DNA of 64,000 nucleotides from Octopus vulgaris (GCA_951406725.2 OX597820.1:80476001-80540000), one strand, 5' to 3'; counted from the stretch's first letter, positions 26,382 through 40,016 are shown. Notes: generated by a model from the sequence alone, not told the origin. Numbers and translations are program-made.

Positions 26382-28528
26382 ATGTTGTGTTTCATCACAA
26401 GAGAACAACTGCCTTACGACGACCCTGTATTGCTAGCATACTTGATTCATTAGAACAAAACAGTCGGCGTACAGGAAAAGCTGTTCTCCTGTAACGAATA
26501 CAGCAGTGATTAGCATATTCGCATCTAGCGAAACGTATAAAGAATAAACAGAAGACTAATTTGATTTCACTCATCCAACTTTCTAGAATTTATGTATTTT
26601 AAATCAAAAATAATCTGTCAAAACTATAATAATTAACGAGCGTGTCAGCCATAAATTTGTAATCTCCTTTTCATAAATTAATGGGTTATCAAATAAATTC
26701 AATGCATGGAAATTAATCTAATATTACAGTAATTATATTCCGCTATTCTTCTATTCCTTTATCTTATTGTGTTCGGTGGACATAGAATAGAAGTGACATA
26801 GATATCACACACACGAGTGGCGAAATAAATTGGTTTTCTGCTCCACTTTTATCGAAAACGCAATTAACATACTCTTGGAATTACCGAATCTAGATTAACA
26901 ATCCAGAATTTTTCGCACCACTAATTATATTGCGCCGTGCAGGTTTACCACTTAAAATCCATTTTAAGTTGTTATCCAGGTTTCTTCTGTCAGCCATTTA
27001 AATAGAAATCCATCGATGCTACAGATAAGATAGATTGAAATTACACGATATGATGACGCTGATTCAATGGCAGAGAACATTATTAGCATATCTTTTTTCT
27101 TACATTTGTGTCAGTCATTGAACTGCGGCCATGTTGGGGCACCTCCATAAAAGGAGATCGACCTCAGCACTTATTTTTAAGCTTTGTTGTATCGTTCTCT
27201 TTCTCACTCAGCACAAAACAATATCTGTGTATCACGGTTTCTGAGTTATTTCTATTCATCAGTACAGACTAACTGTTCGGCTAGAGATGGCGCTGCTAAA
27301 TTCTTGTTCGAAATATATAGTTTTCAAAGTGACGCACAGCCACTGATCTTAAAAAATAGAAAATTACGATTTGTAAATCTCTCAGCATGAGATATTTAGT
27401 AACAGTACTCTATAGAAAGATAGTTTGCCAACACACACACACACACACACCTTTGACCCTCCATGAATGCTCGAAATGAGGAGTAGATAGACAGCCGACA
27501 ACTGATGAAGGGTCGTTCTCTGTGTTTATTTGTCCTGTTTTCCATTTTTCTCGTTGTTTGTGTATTTAACTCATTTGTTTTCATACTTCATGTTGTTTAC
27601 ACAGTTGGTGACGTCCTGTACCCATATATGCATGTATATATATATATATATATAATTTATATTATTATTTAATTGAACGCTACGCATCCATTTCCAAGTA
27701 AGTTTATGTATGTATATATATATACACTTACACAACGGGCGTCGCACGGTTTTCACCTACCAGATTCACTCACAAAGCATTGGTCGGCCCGTGGCCATAA
27801 TGGTAGAAGGAATTTTCCTAAGATGCCGAGCAATGGAACTGAAGCCGAAATCACGTGAGTACAAAGTGAGCTTCTTAACTGCACAGACATCTCAGTGCCT
27901 ACGCACTGGGGTCGATGTAATCGACTTAATCCGTTTGTCTGTCCTTGTTTGTCCCCTCTGCGTTTAGCCCCTTGTGGGTAGTAAAGAAATATATATTACT
28001 GAATTATTTTTAACGAAGTCTTTCTTTAATCCCCTGTCGGAACATGTTACGTCAACACCTACTTGTTTATTAAGAATTGGACATCAACATTATCAAATAA
28101 ATATCAAATTAATAACAGGGGAAAAATGAACGATAAAAACAAATTATGAAATATCGCTAATCATGAAATGTCATATAATATGTAATTATTTGTTGCTAAG
28201 TTGTTTCTTATTAACTCTGACAAGGAGGTGGATTGGTAGAAAAGATAAATCTCAGGATTACATGTGGTTTTGTGTTTTATTTCGCTGATTCTATGCTGTG
28301 CAATTCACATTCTGCTGAAGCTGACTTTTAATAGTAGGCAAGGATTAGAGAACTAAACTAGTATTAGGTAAATACTAGGTAAGACCCTATCGGTTATTCT
28401 CTACTCCTACCCCTGAGCAAATGTAAGAGATGCACTTCGTTCGAGGCAAAGAATTGGCGCAAAGCTGTCAAATACATTCATACAGACTTACAAAAGTCAG
28501 GCAATGTTGTAGAGGTTAGCTGCCCAAA

Positions 28529-28750
28529 TGGTGTACCCTCGACTATCGCGGGTGTTACGATATCGACTATCGACTATCGCGGGTGTTACGATAAGTGAAA
28601 ATCCGCGAAGTAGAAACAGTACTATACTGTATATTCTTTTTATTTTCTTTATAATATGTATATATTTATTTTATTATAAATGCCAAACAACACCACGAAG
28701 GAATCGACGTAAGCTTAAATAATGAACCGTGATATGGTGAGGAATTACTG
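28529..28750. mobile_element. Tigger/pogo-like MITE remnant
   Basis: Left gtaccctcgactatcgcgg, right ccgtgatatggtgaggaattactg-TA (imperfect TIRs); internal duplication of cgactatcgcgggtgttacgata. Confidence 0.5.
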
Positions 28751-28799
28751 TAAATGTATCATCAAAAGTCCAAGAAAAAGAGAAGATTTATGGTGATTT

Positions 28800-29140
28800 A
28801 ATGCGGAACAGCTTTTGTACCTTGACAATAAATTTTCATTTGTACCAATCATTATAGGTCCATTGGACTTTGTACTGACAGGTTTGCACAAAAACCGAAA
28901 AATACTGAGTTTCTCAAGCAAGGAGCAAAAGAAACTGACGTGCATTCTGCAAATCCCGTTTATTAGCGGCACAGGGAAAATCTATACGGCATGTCAAAGA
29001 TGCTCCATTTAAGATTCTTTGGATGGCCAGATGCACACACCAACCCCATATTTACAAACAAAGGGAACTCTTTTAACTCAAATAGTCTTGCCACTTCGTT
29101 GCGATCGACTTGAACTCTCTCAAGAAGAACTTAAGTAACA
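28800..29140 (+). mobile_element. Decayed RLE-type (R4-like) LINE 3' end, second family
   Basis: FSFVPIIIGPLDFV...LQIPFISGTGKI resembles the C-terminus at 57340-57545; ends at (CATA)n. Confidence 0.6.
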
Positions 29141-29184
29141 CATACATACATACATACATACATACGTACATACATACATACATA

Positions 29185-29667
29185 CTGTAAATCCTCGAGT
29201 ATAGTCCGCCCTTGAGTATAATACGCAGGGGATTTTTAGGGGACTGTACCTCTGAAAAACCTAAACCTTGTGTATAATACGCACCCCTTCTCTAACTTGA
29301 GTCAAGAAGGTCTATATAACGTCCTTGGTTTGTAAAAATGCATACGGTAACGTCTTTTATTATTGTATATATAATATAATGCAAACGTATATCTTTTTTG
29401 TGCATTTTGTTTGCAGAAAATAAAGAAATAACAGTAATAACGTTTAATAAATGTTGCTTACTGCAAGTTATGGATGATTCTTTTATGACTTCATTGCTTT
29501 CAGGCTTAAGGATTTCACAAAATGAGTCTGAATTGCCGGACAACAAATAGAGACTCGGACATAGCTTAGAAAATAATTTTCATTTTTAAACTCAAATATA
29601 GTATGCTCTAAGGATTTCGACCTTTAAATTTTGGGAAAAAATGCGGATTATACTCGAGGATTTACGG
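29185..29667. mobile_element. Tc2/pogo-type non-autonomous DNA transposon (483 bp) with TA TSD inside (TACA)n
   Basis: TA-ctgtaaatcctcgagtatagtccgc ... gcggattatactcgaggatttacgg-TA; subterminal repeats gtataatacgca. Confidence 0.85.
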
Positions 29668-29759
29668 TACATACATACATACATACATACATACATACAT
29701 ACATACATACATACATACATACATACATACATACATACATACATACATACATACATACA

Positions 29760-29793
<34 letters not shown>

Positions 29794-29820
29794 CGTACAT
29801 ACATACATACGTACATACAT

Positions 29821-29960
29821 TAATTAGTAAATGCTTAAAGGAGAATCTGGATAAACTAGGATTTTCAGAAAGAGAAATCAACCGGCTAATTTATACATTA
29901 CAAGTGCAATCTGTGAGTGGAACAATAAAAATATGCAAGACTTTTCTCGAGTTCTTTTCT
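29821..29960 (+). mobile_element. R4-like LINE 3' fragment (same family as 57040-57650)
   Basis: SKCLKENLDKLGFSEREINRLIYTLQVQSVSGTIKICKTF; DNA nearly identical to 57407-57535; starts directly after (TACA)n. Confidence 0.8.
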
Positions 29961-30167
29961 CAAAATGCAATTGAAAATATCGATTATGCCTTATTTCACT
30001 GAAGGAAATCCCACATGTGACCAGCCGCTGTTTAAAATTGTCATCAAGGTATTACCTCACATGACATTATCGCTAAAGCAATATACAATGCCTTCCGGGA
30101 AAAAATTACTCTTCTGAGACAAACATAGAGAATTCCCTTGTTACTGAATACACAAATAAACATCCAT

Positions 30168-30432
30168 GATGGTGCGCCGTTTAGTGGTTAGAGTATTTGG
30201 CACACGATCGCAAGGTTGTGAGTTCAATTCCCGGCGACGCGTTGTGTCCTTGAGCAAGACACTTTATTTCACGTTGCGCCGGTCCACTCAGCTGGCAAAA
30301 ATGAGTAGTACCTGTATTTCAAAGGGCCAGCCTTGTCACACTGTGTCACGCTGAATCTCCTTGATAACTACTTTAAAGGTACACGTGTCTGTGGAGTACT
30401 CAGCTACTTGCACGTCAATTTCACAAGCAGAG
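30168..30432 (+). mobile_element. tRNA-derived SINE, head 2 + tail X (3'-truncated)
   Basis: ttagtggttagag A box, gagttcaattcc B box, gtgtccttgagcaagacac, then tacctgtatttcaaagggccagccttgtcac tail. Confidence 0.85.
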
Positions 30433-30444
30433 TGCCAGTAGTAG

Positions 30445-30860
30445 TAGTACATAAATATCGACAAAAGGAATACTGGTGGAACATTCCCATCAAAACTTCT
30501 ACCAAGAGCAAACATTACAAACCAGATACAGCTGTTTGGAACAGACAAGAAAATGTATGTAACATCATAGAGGTCAGCTGCTCTGCTAATGCGAAAATCA
30601 AATAGAAAGAGAGTAACTGTGGACAACTGCTCCGAAAATTCAGCTTTTATACCCGGATTATAAATTCACATTTATACCAATAATAGGGGGTGCATTTTAT
30701 CTGTAACGAAATACCAAAGTGGAAATCTGGAAAAGCTGGGATTCTCAAAAAAAAAAAGAAAAGAAGTCAACCAGCCAACAGACAAATTACAAATACAATC
30801 TGCAAGCAGAGCCGGGGAAATATGCACGATTTCTCTCAAGTTCAAAATGTGAATTTGTTT
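30445..30860 (+). mobile_element. Decayed R4-like LINE RLE fragment
   Basis: HKYRQKEYWWNIPIKTSTKSKHYKPDTAVW...IIEVSCSAN, homologous to ORF 57056-57451. Confidence 0.75.
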
Positions 30861-31037
30861 TTATCTAAATAACAAAGATGGAGCTTTGTATCTTATATTT
30901 ATTTATTCAACCACTTGATTCTCTTAGGGTTACGGCCGGTTCGTAGCCTTCTTCATAGCCACTTGAAGTAGTCTGGATGTCCTACGTGGAATTCTAAACT
31001 AGCCAGCAGCAGTCTTACATTTTGCTGTACACACATA

Positions 31038-31072
<35 letters not shown>

Positions 31073-31075
<3 letters not shown>

Positions 31076-32687
31076 TTGCGGCCAAAATGTTCAGAACGGC
31101 ATTGTTTTTGTCAGAAAAGTAGGTATAAGTTTTTATTAAAGTTGTTTTATAGTCTATAATTTTCACAGACAATAAATACAATATTAATTGGTATTGTCTG
31201 TGATTTTGGTGTAATTTGAGTCGATAATACAAAAGTTATGGATGATATAGCGATTTACTGCAAACCCATTGCGGCCAAAATGATCAGAACGATTGAAAAA
31301 ATAACAAAATAATCAAAAATGACAGAGAATGCTGGAATTATTTCATACTTAGTGTGAACCCCTTTAGCTTCAATCAAACTTTGACATCTTCGACTGCATG
31401 AGGAAATTAAATTTTTAATTTCTTGCTGGGTGATCTTATTCCATTCTTCCTGAAGGGCATTCCATAATTGCTCGGTTGTTTTAGGATTTCTGGCTTTCGA
31501 ACGTTCTCCTAGAATATTCCACACATTTTCAATAGGATTGAGATCTGGGCTTTGAGCAGGCCAATCCATAACAATAACCTTTTCAGCCTTGAGGAAGCTC
31601 ATGACCACCTTAGCCTTGTGACATGGTGCATTGTCCTGCATGAATATGGGCGGTCGCTTAGTTGAATTTCTCAGCACAGGCAAGACATGATCTTTTACAA
31701 GTTGTTTATAAACTCCTGCATTTACCTTTCCGTGTAATCGCACCAAAGGGCCCACACCATCTCCAGATATCACCCCCTAAACCATGATACTTCTTCCACC
31801 GAATTTAACACTAGTCTTAAGGCATTTTAGGCGACAATTTTTCACCTGCTTTTCGACGAACGTGCCTTTTCCCATCTGAACCAAATAACATAGACTTAGA
31901 TTCATCACTGAAATGCACCGTTTGCCATTTTTCTTGAGACCACAACACATGTTCGGTTGCAAAGGTAAGACGACACTTTTTATTCTTGAAGCTGATCAGT
32001 GGCTTCACTGCAGGTACTCTTGCTTGTAGGTCATGTTCAACTAAACGACGAGACAGTTTTTCGAGATAAAGTTTTCTTCAATACAATGCTCATTTCCCGA
32101 GAAACAGCAGCAGCAGTTTTAAATCTATCCTTTTTAACCAACTTTACCATAGCACGGTCTTCTCTCTTGGCCTACCTGTAGACTTTCTTGCTTCACACGA
32201 ACCACAATCATCGTAGACCTTAAGAATACCGTGAATAACACTTTTTGACTTGTTAACAATCTTTGCAATAGACCCAATACTTAAATTATCCTTCTTTCGA
32301 AGCTTAATAATCTGCTGACGAATTGGTAACGGAGTAAGTGGCATTATATTAACAAAGTACACTGCAGATATTCTTACGGCGTGTCTAGTAACTGAACCGT
32401 CACGTAAACAAATTCAAAACATTAGAGTTTGATGGTTAAATATTCTAAAACATGGAGTAAAAGCAAGCGTTCTGATCATTTTGGCCGCAATGGGTTTTGC
32501 AGTAAATCGATAAATCATCCATAACTTTTGTATTATCCACTCAAATTGCACCAAAATCTTAGACAATAACAAATAATATTGTATTTATTGTCTGTGAAAA
32601 TTATAGATTATAAAACAACTTTGATAAAAACTTATACCTACTTTTCTGACGAAAACAATGCCGTTCTGAACATTTTGGCTGCAACTG
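31073..32687 (-). mobile_element. Full-length Tc1-family DNA transposon (DD34E, IR/DR type), 1615 bp, TA TSD
   Basis: ~219 bp TIRs starting cagttgcggccaaaatgttcagaacg, each with an inner direct repeat ttgcggccaaaatgatcagaacg (31269-31291, 32468-32490); TA at 31071-72 and 32688-89. Confidence 0.95.
31343..32344 (-). pseudogene. Tc1 transposase, frameshifted
   Basis: MPLTPL...paired-like HTH...GRPR; FSDESK; VKFGGRSIMV*G; FMQDNAPCH-(34 aa)-SPDLNPIENVW; ends GVHTKY; split over ORFs 32144-32362, 31817-32008, 31777-31962 and 31255-31773. Confidence 0.93.
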
Positions 32688-33143
32688 TATGTATGTGTGT
32701 GTGTGTGTGTGTATGTTGTGTGTGTTTGCGTGTGTGTGTGTGTGCATGTGTGTGTTATGTGTGTGCGTGTGTGTGTGTCCATATATATAGAGAGAAACAT
32801 TTGTTTCGTACTGAGTATATATATATACATATATATTCTTTTATTTGTTTTAGTCATTTGACTGCGGCCATGCTAGAGCACCACCTTTAGTCGAGCAATT
32901 CGATCCCAGGACTTATTCTTTGTAAGCCTAGTACTTATCCTATCCGTCTCTTTTGCCAAACCACTAGGTTACGGGGACGTAAACACACCAGCGTCGGTTG
33001 TCAAGTGATGTTAGGGGACAAACACAGACACATAAACATACACACACACATACATGCACACTTATATATATATGACGGGCTTCTTTCAGTTTCCGCCTAC
33101 CAAATCCACTCACAAGGCCTTGGTTGGCCCGAGGCTACAGTAG

Positions 33144-34692
33144 AATTGTTGTTTCGTTTTATCCCTAAACGTGGAAAAATGATTTGATCTTCTTGTGGCT
33201 AATTTAGATGAGGTAGCGCCGGAGGGGGTCTCAACAATAATAGTAGCAGCGGTTTTAACAACAGTAGTTTTACGGACAATATCAATCACAGAATTCCCAG
33301 AAACAGGGAATATGCAAGTGATATTGCCTTAAATAGTAATGAAAATAGGGTGAATAGTATCGAATCCAGCGGTAGTTTTTACAACCATCATAGTAATAAG
33401 AACGCTGTATTAGTATCGGAAACTAATCTCAATAGATTAAGGTTCTTATCAAATAACTCCAAAATTAGAAACGCCATTTACCAGTGCAAAATTTATGCTG
33501 GATCCGATGTCTACCTCTATATCGGCGCTACCTCATCTAAATTAGCCACAAGAATATCAAATCATTTTTCCATGTTTAGGGATAAAACGAAACAACACTC
33601 CACTGGGCTAAGCAAATTAGTCTGGCGTTTGAAGAACGCAAATTCAACTTTTAGGCTGGAATGGTCAATATTATCGGTGTCTTTACCGTTTGATAAGGGC
33701 AAAAAAATCTGTGCCCTGTGTAATTCCGAACTATTTCATATTCTGTTTGCCCGAGGCTGACTAATAAACTCGATTGTTGAGAGTTCTTTCAGATGCCTAC
33801 ACTGGAAAAGGTATACCTTCCTCTCATACCAATAAAGTCTAATATAGATAACCCCTGGATTTCCTAAAAAAATTTGAAAGGTGATATCCCATCCCTTTTA
33901 GTATAAAAGACTTTCTCATAGTTGCCAAGAACTACTACCAATCCCAACAGTAACCTTGTATCTTGTCATTGCTATTGTGGCCGTCCTCTCCCTATTAAGT
34001 TGACACATTCGAACACACAGACACAGTTTTTCAGTTCTTGACCGTTAATTCTTGCTATCTCTCTCTCTATGCCTTCCACACACACTTTCACGCATTCAAA
34101 GACGCACACACACACATACATTAAGGCAATTTTACACACTCATGCATTCGAGCACTCATTCATAGAATAAATCAAATATAAGCACCAGTCATACAGAATA
34201 CATTCACTCTCTTTAGTTTTCCTATACCTTCCTTCTCCTACCTTGATTCTGCCCTTGAACTATGTCAACGGACAATTTCTCTTGCTTTCATCCAATCTGG
34301 CGTCACCCCCTATAAGTAGACATTATTTATCATTATTTTTATGGGCTCCTCGTGAGCAGTCGTCGAAAAACTTGCTGTGCATTTTGTTGGAGAATTAAGT
34401 TCCTGGATTTTCCTGAAGAGAAAGCTGCATAATGGACTCCTTATTCACTCGGAATTAGGGACTTTGCAGACTTCGAAACATATGTCGAAAATAAAATAAA
34501 GGAATTTTGTTAAATCTTCGTTCAGCTCCATTCTTTCCTATACTTAATATATAAAACTTCAAATTTCCGCACTAAGACACGGATTTTATGCCCTATGGTC
34601 GTAACTTCAACCGTGCCTTTTCTGTTGTGAGTTTGCTACCCAGGTATCGGTTATCTTTCGAATTATCCGTAATAAGATAATTCATTTGTCTA

Positions 34693-34695
<3 letters not shown>
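33144..34695 (+). mobile_element. 5'-truncated Penelope-like element: linker + GIY-YIG endonuclease + long 3' region ending at (TA)n
   Basis: ORF 33350-33760 AIYQCKI...LYIGATSSKLATRISNH...STGLSKLVWRLK...WSIL...CALCNSE, continuing past TGA to LINS...RCLH; hammerhead downstream. Confidence 0.85.
34407..34492 (+). ncRNA. Type I hammerhead ribozyme motif, intact core, in the PLE 3' repeat
   Basis: attttc CTGAAGA gaaagctgca...tgcagacttc GAA acatatgt C gaaaat, followed by AATAAA; all three stems pair. Confidence 0.85.
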
Positions 34696-34738
<43 letters not shown>

Positions 34739-34917
34739 AATATAAGAGAGTGACCACTATATGGTCGACTCTAGCGCTAAAAATAGATCCGCTATGGTAT
34801 TAGCCACTAAAAATTGTTTCCAAGGAGAATTAACACAACATTTAACGTAAACGAGGCAAGTGAAAAACAACGAAAATATAGATTAACTCTAGACAATTGT
34901 TTCGCTATTAATGTAAT

Positions 34918-34967
34918 ATGCAATTTTACTTACACAACATCTAGGTGTTGTGTAAGTAAAATTGCAT
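34918..34967. repeat. 50 bp near-perfect palindrome
   Basis: atgcaattttacttacacaaca-tctagg-tgttgtgtaagtaaaattgcat. Confidence 0.9.
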
Positions 34968-35685
34968 CTACAAAGATAAATAGTATAAAGATACGATAAA
35001 CTGAGTAGATTTTTCTCGCTCGTCTTTGTAGCCACATGTATGCAACACTCCTCTGTTTTACACATACACAGACACACACACACAAACACAGATACGCACA
35101 TATGGACATGGGCATCTACATACATAAACACATGCATAAATATATGCTCAAACACATGCATGTATGTACGTACGTATGTATGTATGCTTGTATGCGTGTA
35201 TGTAACTAATATGTTGTATTTTTATCATCAAATTATATTTTACTTCTCCATTTGTCTATTAATTATTTATTCCAACTTAGGTTACAATTATTTTTTTATC
35301 TGAAGACTAATGCGCTGTAATTGTGTCTGCGACAGTAGAAACAATTACATATAATTAAAAATGATTCTCAAACCAAATGCTTCTGGCTTGCACAACATAA
35401 CAGTCGCATATATTTTTTTTTCTCACCTATTCTCCGATCAATAAAGATTTGGTTTTAATTATAAATGTAAAATTTTATCCAATATTTTAAAACGATGATT
35501 CATTTATACAATTCATACAAAAATCCCCTTCGGCATTTTGAATATATTTAAGGAGAGATTTGCTTGCGTTTACATCTGAGATCTACATAGCTTCACCTTA
35601 ATATAGAATTATTTATACTCAATATAATTCATGTACTTTATACACACACACATACACACCCCCACACTTACACACATACACACAC

Positions 35686-35758
<73 letters not shown>

Positions 35759-35777
35759 TATACATATATATAAATAT

Positions 35778-36180
35778 AAGGCGGCGAGCTGGCAGAAACG
35801 TTAGCACGCCGGGCGAAATGCGTAGCCGTATTTCGTCTGCCGTTACGTTGTGAGTTCAAATTCCGCCGAGGTCGACTTTGCCTTTCATCCTTTCGAGGTC
35901 GATAAATTAAGTACCAGTTACGCACTGGGGTCGATATAATCGACTTAATCCGTCTGTCTATCCTTGTTTGTCTCCTCTGTATTTAGCCTCTGTATTGTGG
36001 GTAGTAAAGAAATAGGTATTTCGTCTGCCGATACGTTCTGAGTTCAAATTCCGCTGAGGTCGACTTTAACTTTTATCTTTTCGGGGTCGATAAATTAAAT
36101 GCGAGTTGTGTACTGGGATCGATCTAATCGACTGGCTCCCTCCCCCCAAAATTTCGGGCCTTGTTCCTAGAGTAGAAAAT
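35778..36180 (+). mobile_element. SINE family B dimer (full unit + headless unit with alternative tail)
   Basis: Junction gtagtaaagaaata-ggtatttcgtctgcc at ~36001-36030; ends ccccccaaaatttcgggccttgttcctagagtagaaaa. Confidence 0.88.
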
Positions 36181-36332
36181 AAAAGACGTTGCTGTGTACT
36201 TTTGTCCCTAAAATGAATTGAAATCGTGGCCATCTTTGTTAGTTTACTACAGAACAATGCAAAATATTTAAAGCAACAGATATAAATGAATAAGTTAGAG
36301 GGACATATACATACACACATACACACGCAGCC

Positions 36333-36444
<112 letters not shown>

Positions 36445-36554
36445 CTATATATATTTATATGTGTGTGTGTGTGTGTGCATTTTATATAAAATATAATTCG
36501 TCTATTTTGTCACAAGTACTGGGACAATATGTGTGTGTGTGTGAGTGTGTGTGA

Positions 36555-36595
<41 letters not shown>

Positions 36596-37651
36596 GTTTG
36601 AATATTTATAATTATGTTTGAATAAACTTCAATTATCATAAAAATAACTGTCCGATTTATTGAGAAAATACCTGGATAATATAGATTTATAAATAAATAT
36701 AAATGTGAAATGAGGAAAAAGTAGATTAATATTTTCTATGGCGTTTAAAACATATTCAGAATTATCAAAGATAGATTTTATTGGAAAGAGAAGTCTTAAT
36801 AACGAAATTTTAACATTTACTGTGTATATATTTTGTACAAAACATAATTAATTACTCCTCTATTTTGTCACAAGCACTGGGTCAATATTTAGTGTTTTGA
36901 ATATATAGAAATTTTATTGTGAAGCAATAAAAAATGTATTATTTTCTGTTTTCCGTAATATCTGAATGCACAAAGTAATTTTTTGAAGAAGAATTTTTAT
37001 AACATGTGAAAATCTTTATTAACTCCTGTACACTATTCGTTATCCAACCACATTCGAGGACCTCACTGTTTCTAAGGTGTGTATGTCTAACGTGCTTCGA
37101 AGCTTGCCAAAGAAGATTCCACTTAGAAGATTTTGCAGACTAAAACTGTACCTTGGAAAAACTGAAACATATTTATGTGAAATGCGAATGTGTGTGTGTG
37201 TGTATACCGGTGTGCGTGCATGTGCATATATGGCAATTACATCAACAAAGAACCGTTTGAAAAACACAAATCTGTTTAAAATTCTCGGCATTTATTTCGT
37301 GAATATTAAATAAATGTAGTGCGTATCCTAGTGGTGAGAATGTTAAACTCGGGATCGTAAAGTTGAGGATTCAATTCCCTGGCTCATGTACTACGTTGTG
37401 TCTTTGAGAAAGTTCCATATGTTGCATGTAAATTTTCCTATGGATCTGCAAGTACTGCTAACCAAAGAAAACATGATTACTCTATTTTTTCTATAGCTAA
37501 CAAGTTATCAGATAGAAATGGCTGCCAGATATAGCAGTCATGCCTAACCGTCTCAGAAAAAAAGGTAAATTAAATTGTTATCGTTTTATGTCTAGATCAA
37601 ATGTTCCACACGCGCACACACATGGGCGCACACACACACACACACACACAC

Positions 37652-38537
37652 ATATCTTTACTAACTGAGGTACTTGGTAATACCCGGGAGCAGGAATGTT
37701 TGCAGTACCCATTACAATGCATAATTTCTCTCAGACGAAAGATGAAATCAAGACATAGTGCAGATAATAGAAGGCGTAAGCAAATTCATTCACGAAACAA
37801 TAATGTAAATAAATACGTGTGCAATCTGAAAATGACAATTGTTCGGTCAGATGAGGGGAAACCTGCAAATATATAAGCAATGGAAACAACAAAAAGGGAA
37901 TTGTAACGGAGTATTATGAAAAAACGAACATAAAAATTTGAAAAGTAAACAAAACAGTATTTAGAGAAAAGGCACTTAATTTGACAACTGTGTTTCATGG
38001 GTATAGTTCCACTGATCGTAAAAATCAAATATTGATTGTAACGGTCATAACCGACAATTTTAAGTACAGATGTTAAGAAAATACGCTACATGTTTTAGCA
38101 CACAAGGTTGCAACGTTTAAAATCGGTAATTTTAAGTGCAGGTATTAAGAAAATAATGTTACAGCAACCTGAGAATGCTGAAATACTTACAGCAATTTTG
38201 GCCAAATTTCGTTAATCAGTTAATCAAAAAACACCTTACGCTTTGCTTGGGTGGCTTAGGTAAAAATGTATGTGTCTCAACCCATCCTTAGCGCATATTT
38301 CATCTTTGTATAAAATTTCAACAAAATCGGTTGAAAACTTTAAAAGTTATGGTAGAAAATAACATTCATGTGAGAATTTGCGTTGAATTGTCCAATTGAT
38401 TTTTGAAATATCGATGCTGATTAAAAGATATCGATATTTTTGAAATTTTAAGTGCATAAGTGACCCACACACGTGTCAAGTTTCATGAAGATCGACAAAC
38501 ACACAGCCACAAACAGACAGAAATTTCCATTTATGTA
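37652..38537 (+). mobile_element. Possible Helitron/HINE-like non-autonomous element
   Basis: 5' tactaactgaggtacttggtaatacccggg; 3' caagtttcatgaagatcg-acaaacacacagccacaaacagacag; internal repeat aattttaagtrcag.trttaagaaaata. Confidence 0.4.
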
Positions 38538-38569
38538 CTCAGACACACACACACACACACAAACACATA

Positions 38570-39047
38570 CAGGGTGTCCCAGAATTAACTATCGATTTCA
38601 GTGAAATCGGACAAAACTCACATGTTTATCATGTTTAATATATGTTAAAAGTGTACAAATTTTTTATTTTATTTTTTATAATATTTCTTATAATTTTATT
38701 TTCATTCCTGTTGCGGTCCGCTTATCTGTCCACGACAGCATTTTTTCAATTTGACTTTAATCATTTTCTCTATCTCCATCCCCAGAATGGAGCAATAGCT
38801 TAGCTGATCTTAAAGAACGCACGCATTCAGTTAGCTGTGCAGGAGATTACTCCTGAAATGTTTCAAAATGTGTTTCCCAATGCTAAGGATAGATCTGAAA
38901 TTTGCAGGGATACAGAGGGAGCAGTTGTTGAGAATTTTCAATAAAATTTTGGCCTCATAATTAAGTAGTAAATATAAAATTCTGTCAATCTTGTTTTTAA
39001 ACTTCCCCGGTTTCATTGAAATAGGTAGCTACATCAGAGACATTCTG
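38570..39047 (+). mobile_element. Internally deleted Tc1/mariner element (rosa/DD41D-like ends)
   Basis: Diverged 41 bp TIRs cagggtgtcccagaattaactatcgatttcagtgaaatcgg / ccggtttcattgaaataggtagctacatcagagacattctg; remnant SLADLKER..QLAVQEITPEMFQNVF...RSEIC...EG..VENFQ*. Confidence 0.7.
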
Positions 39048-39048
39048 C

Positions 39049-39079
<31 letters not shown>

Positions 39080-39105
39080 TGTATGTATGTATGTATGTAT
39101 GTATG

Positions 39106-39148
<43 letters not shown>

Positions 39149-39155
<7 letters not shown>

Positions 39156-39336
39156 GAAGGAGCTTCTACAGGACTAGAACTGTTTCATTCAAGAGAAATC
39201 TTGAGCTTCCTGAAGATTTCTCTTGAATGAAACAGTTCTAGTCCTGTAGAACTCCTTCTATATAATAAATTAATTTTACTCTGCTATGTATTGAGTACCT
39301 TATTTACTGTGGTTAACCCCGAATCAACCCGGGACC

Positions 39337-39338
<2 letters not shown>
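39149..39338. mobile_element. Fold-back mini-element in (TA)n centred on a hammerhead-like core
   Basis: Arms 39149-39202/39213-39265; + strand CTGAAGA tttc tctt gaat GAAAC a GTT spans the centre. Confidence 0.7.
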
Positions 39339-39375
<37 letters not shown>

Positions 39376-39438
39376 AAAGTAAAGTTGTAAGGTACCGCAC
39401 GAGTGAAAATATATATGAAAGAAAGTTTGAAAATGCAA

Positions 39439-40016
39439 AGGTCTTTTAGAAATGTTTATTGACTTGACCAGCTCCACTTTTTTTTTGCTGTATGAGCTTT
39501 GTTGTGTTAAGTACTGGTTATCATAAAAGTATTAAAATACAGTTATACAATCTTTGATAATAAGAAAATGTTAAAAACAGTTTACAAGAAAGTATTCAAG
39601 AAAGGGACTGCAATAAGTATTTTGAGTTCAATAAAAATCATGTTTGTTTGGTAGTATATATAAACAGAAGGAGATATATTTAAGAATTTACAAAAAATTG
39701 GAGACGAATAACTGACAGAAAATGTCAGACAGACAGGTCAGTTATTCCTCTCCGATTTTTTTGTAAATTCTTGAATATATCTCCTTCTGTTTATATATAC
39801 TACCAAACAAACATGATTTTTATTGAACTCAAAACACTTATTGTAGTCCCTTTCTTGAATACTTTCTTGTAAATTGTTTTTAACATTTTCTTATCATTAT
39901 CAAAGGTTGTATAACTGTATTTTAATACTTTTGTGATAACCAGTACTTAACACAATAAAGCTCATATAGCTAAAAAAGTGAAGCCAGTCAAGTCAATAAA
40001 CACCTCTAAAAGACCT
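39439..40016. repeat. Long inverted repeat (~278 bp arms, 20 bp spacer)
   Basis: 39439-39716 is the reverse complement of 39737-40016 with scattered substitutions. Confidence 0.92.

Noticed and set aside
33758-33760. In-frame TGA in the GIY-YIG ORF as possible selenocysteine (some PLE clades use Sec)
   Set aside because: Not at a position where Cys is expected, other stops occur upstream, and no SECIS was recognised; most likely decay
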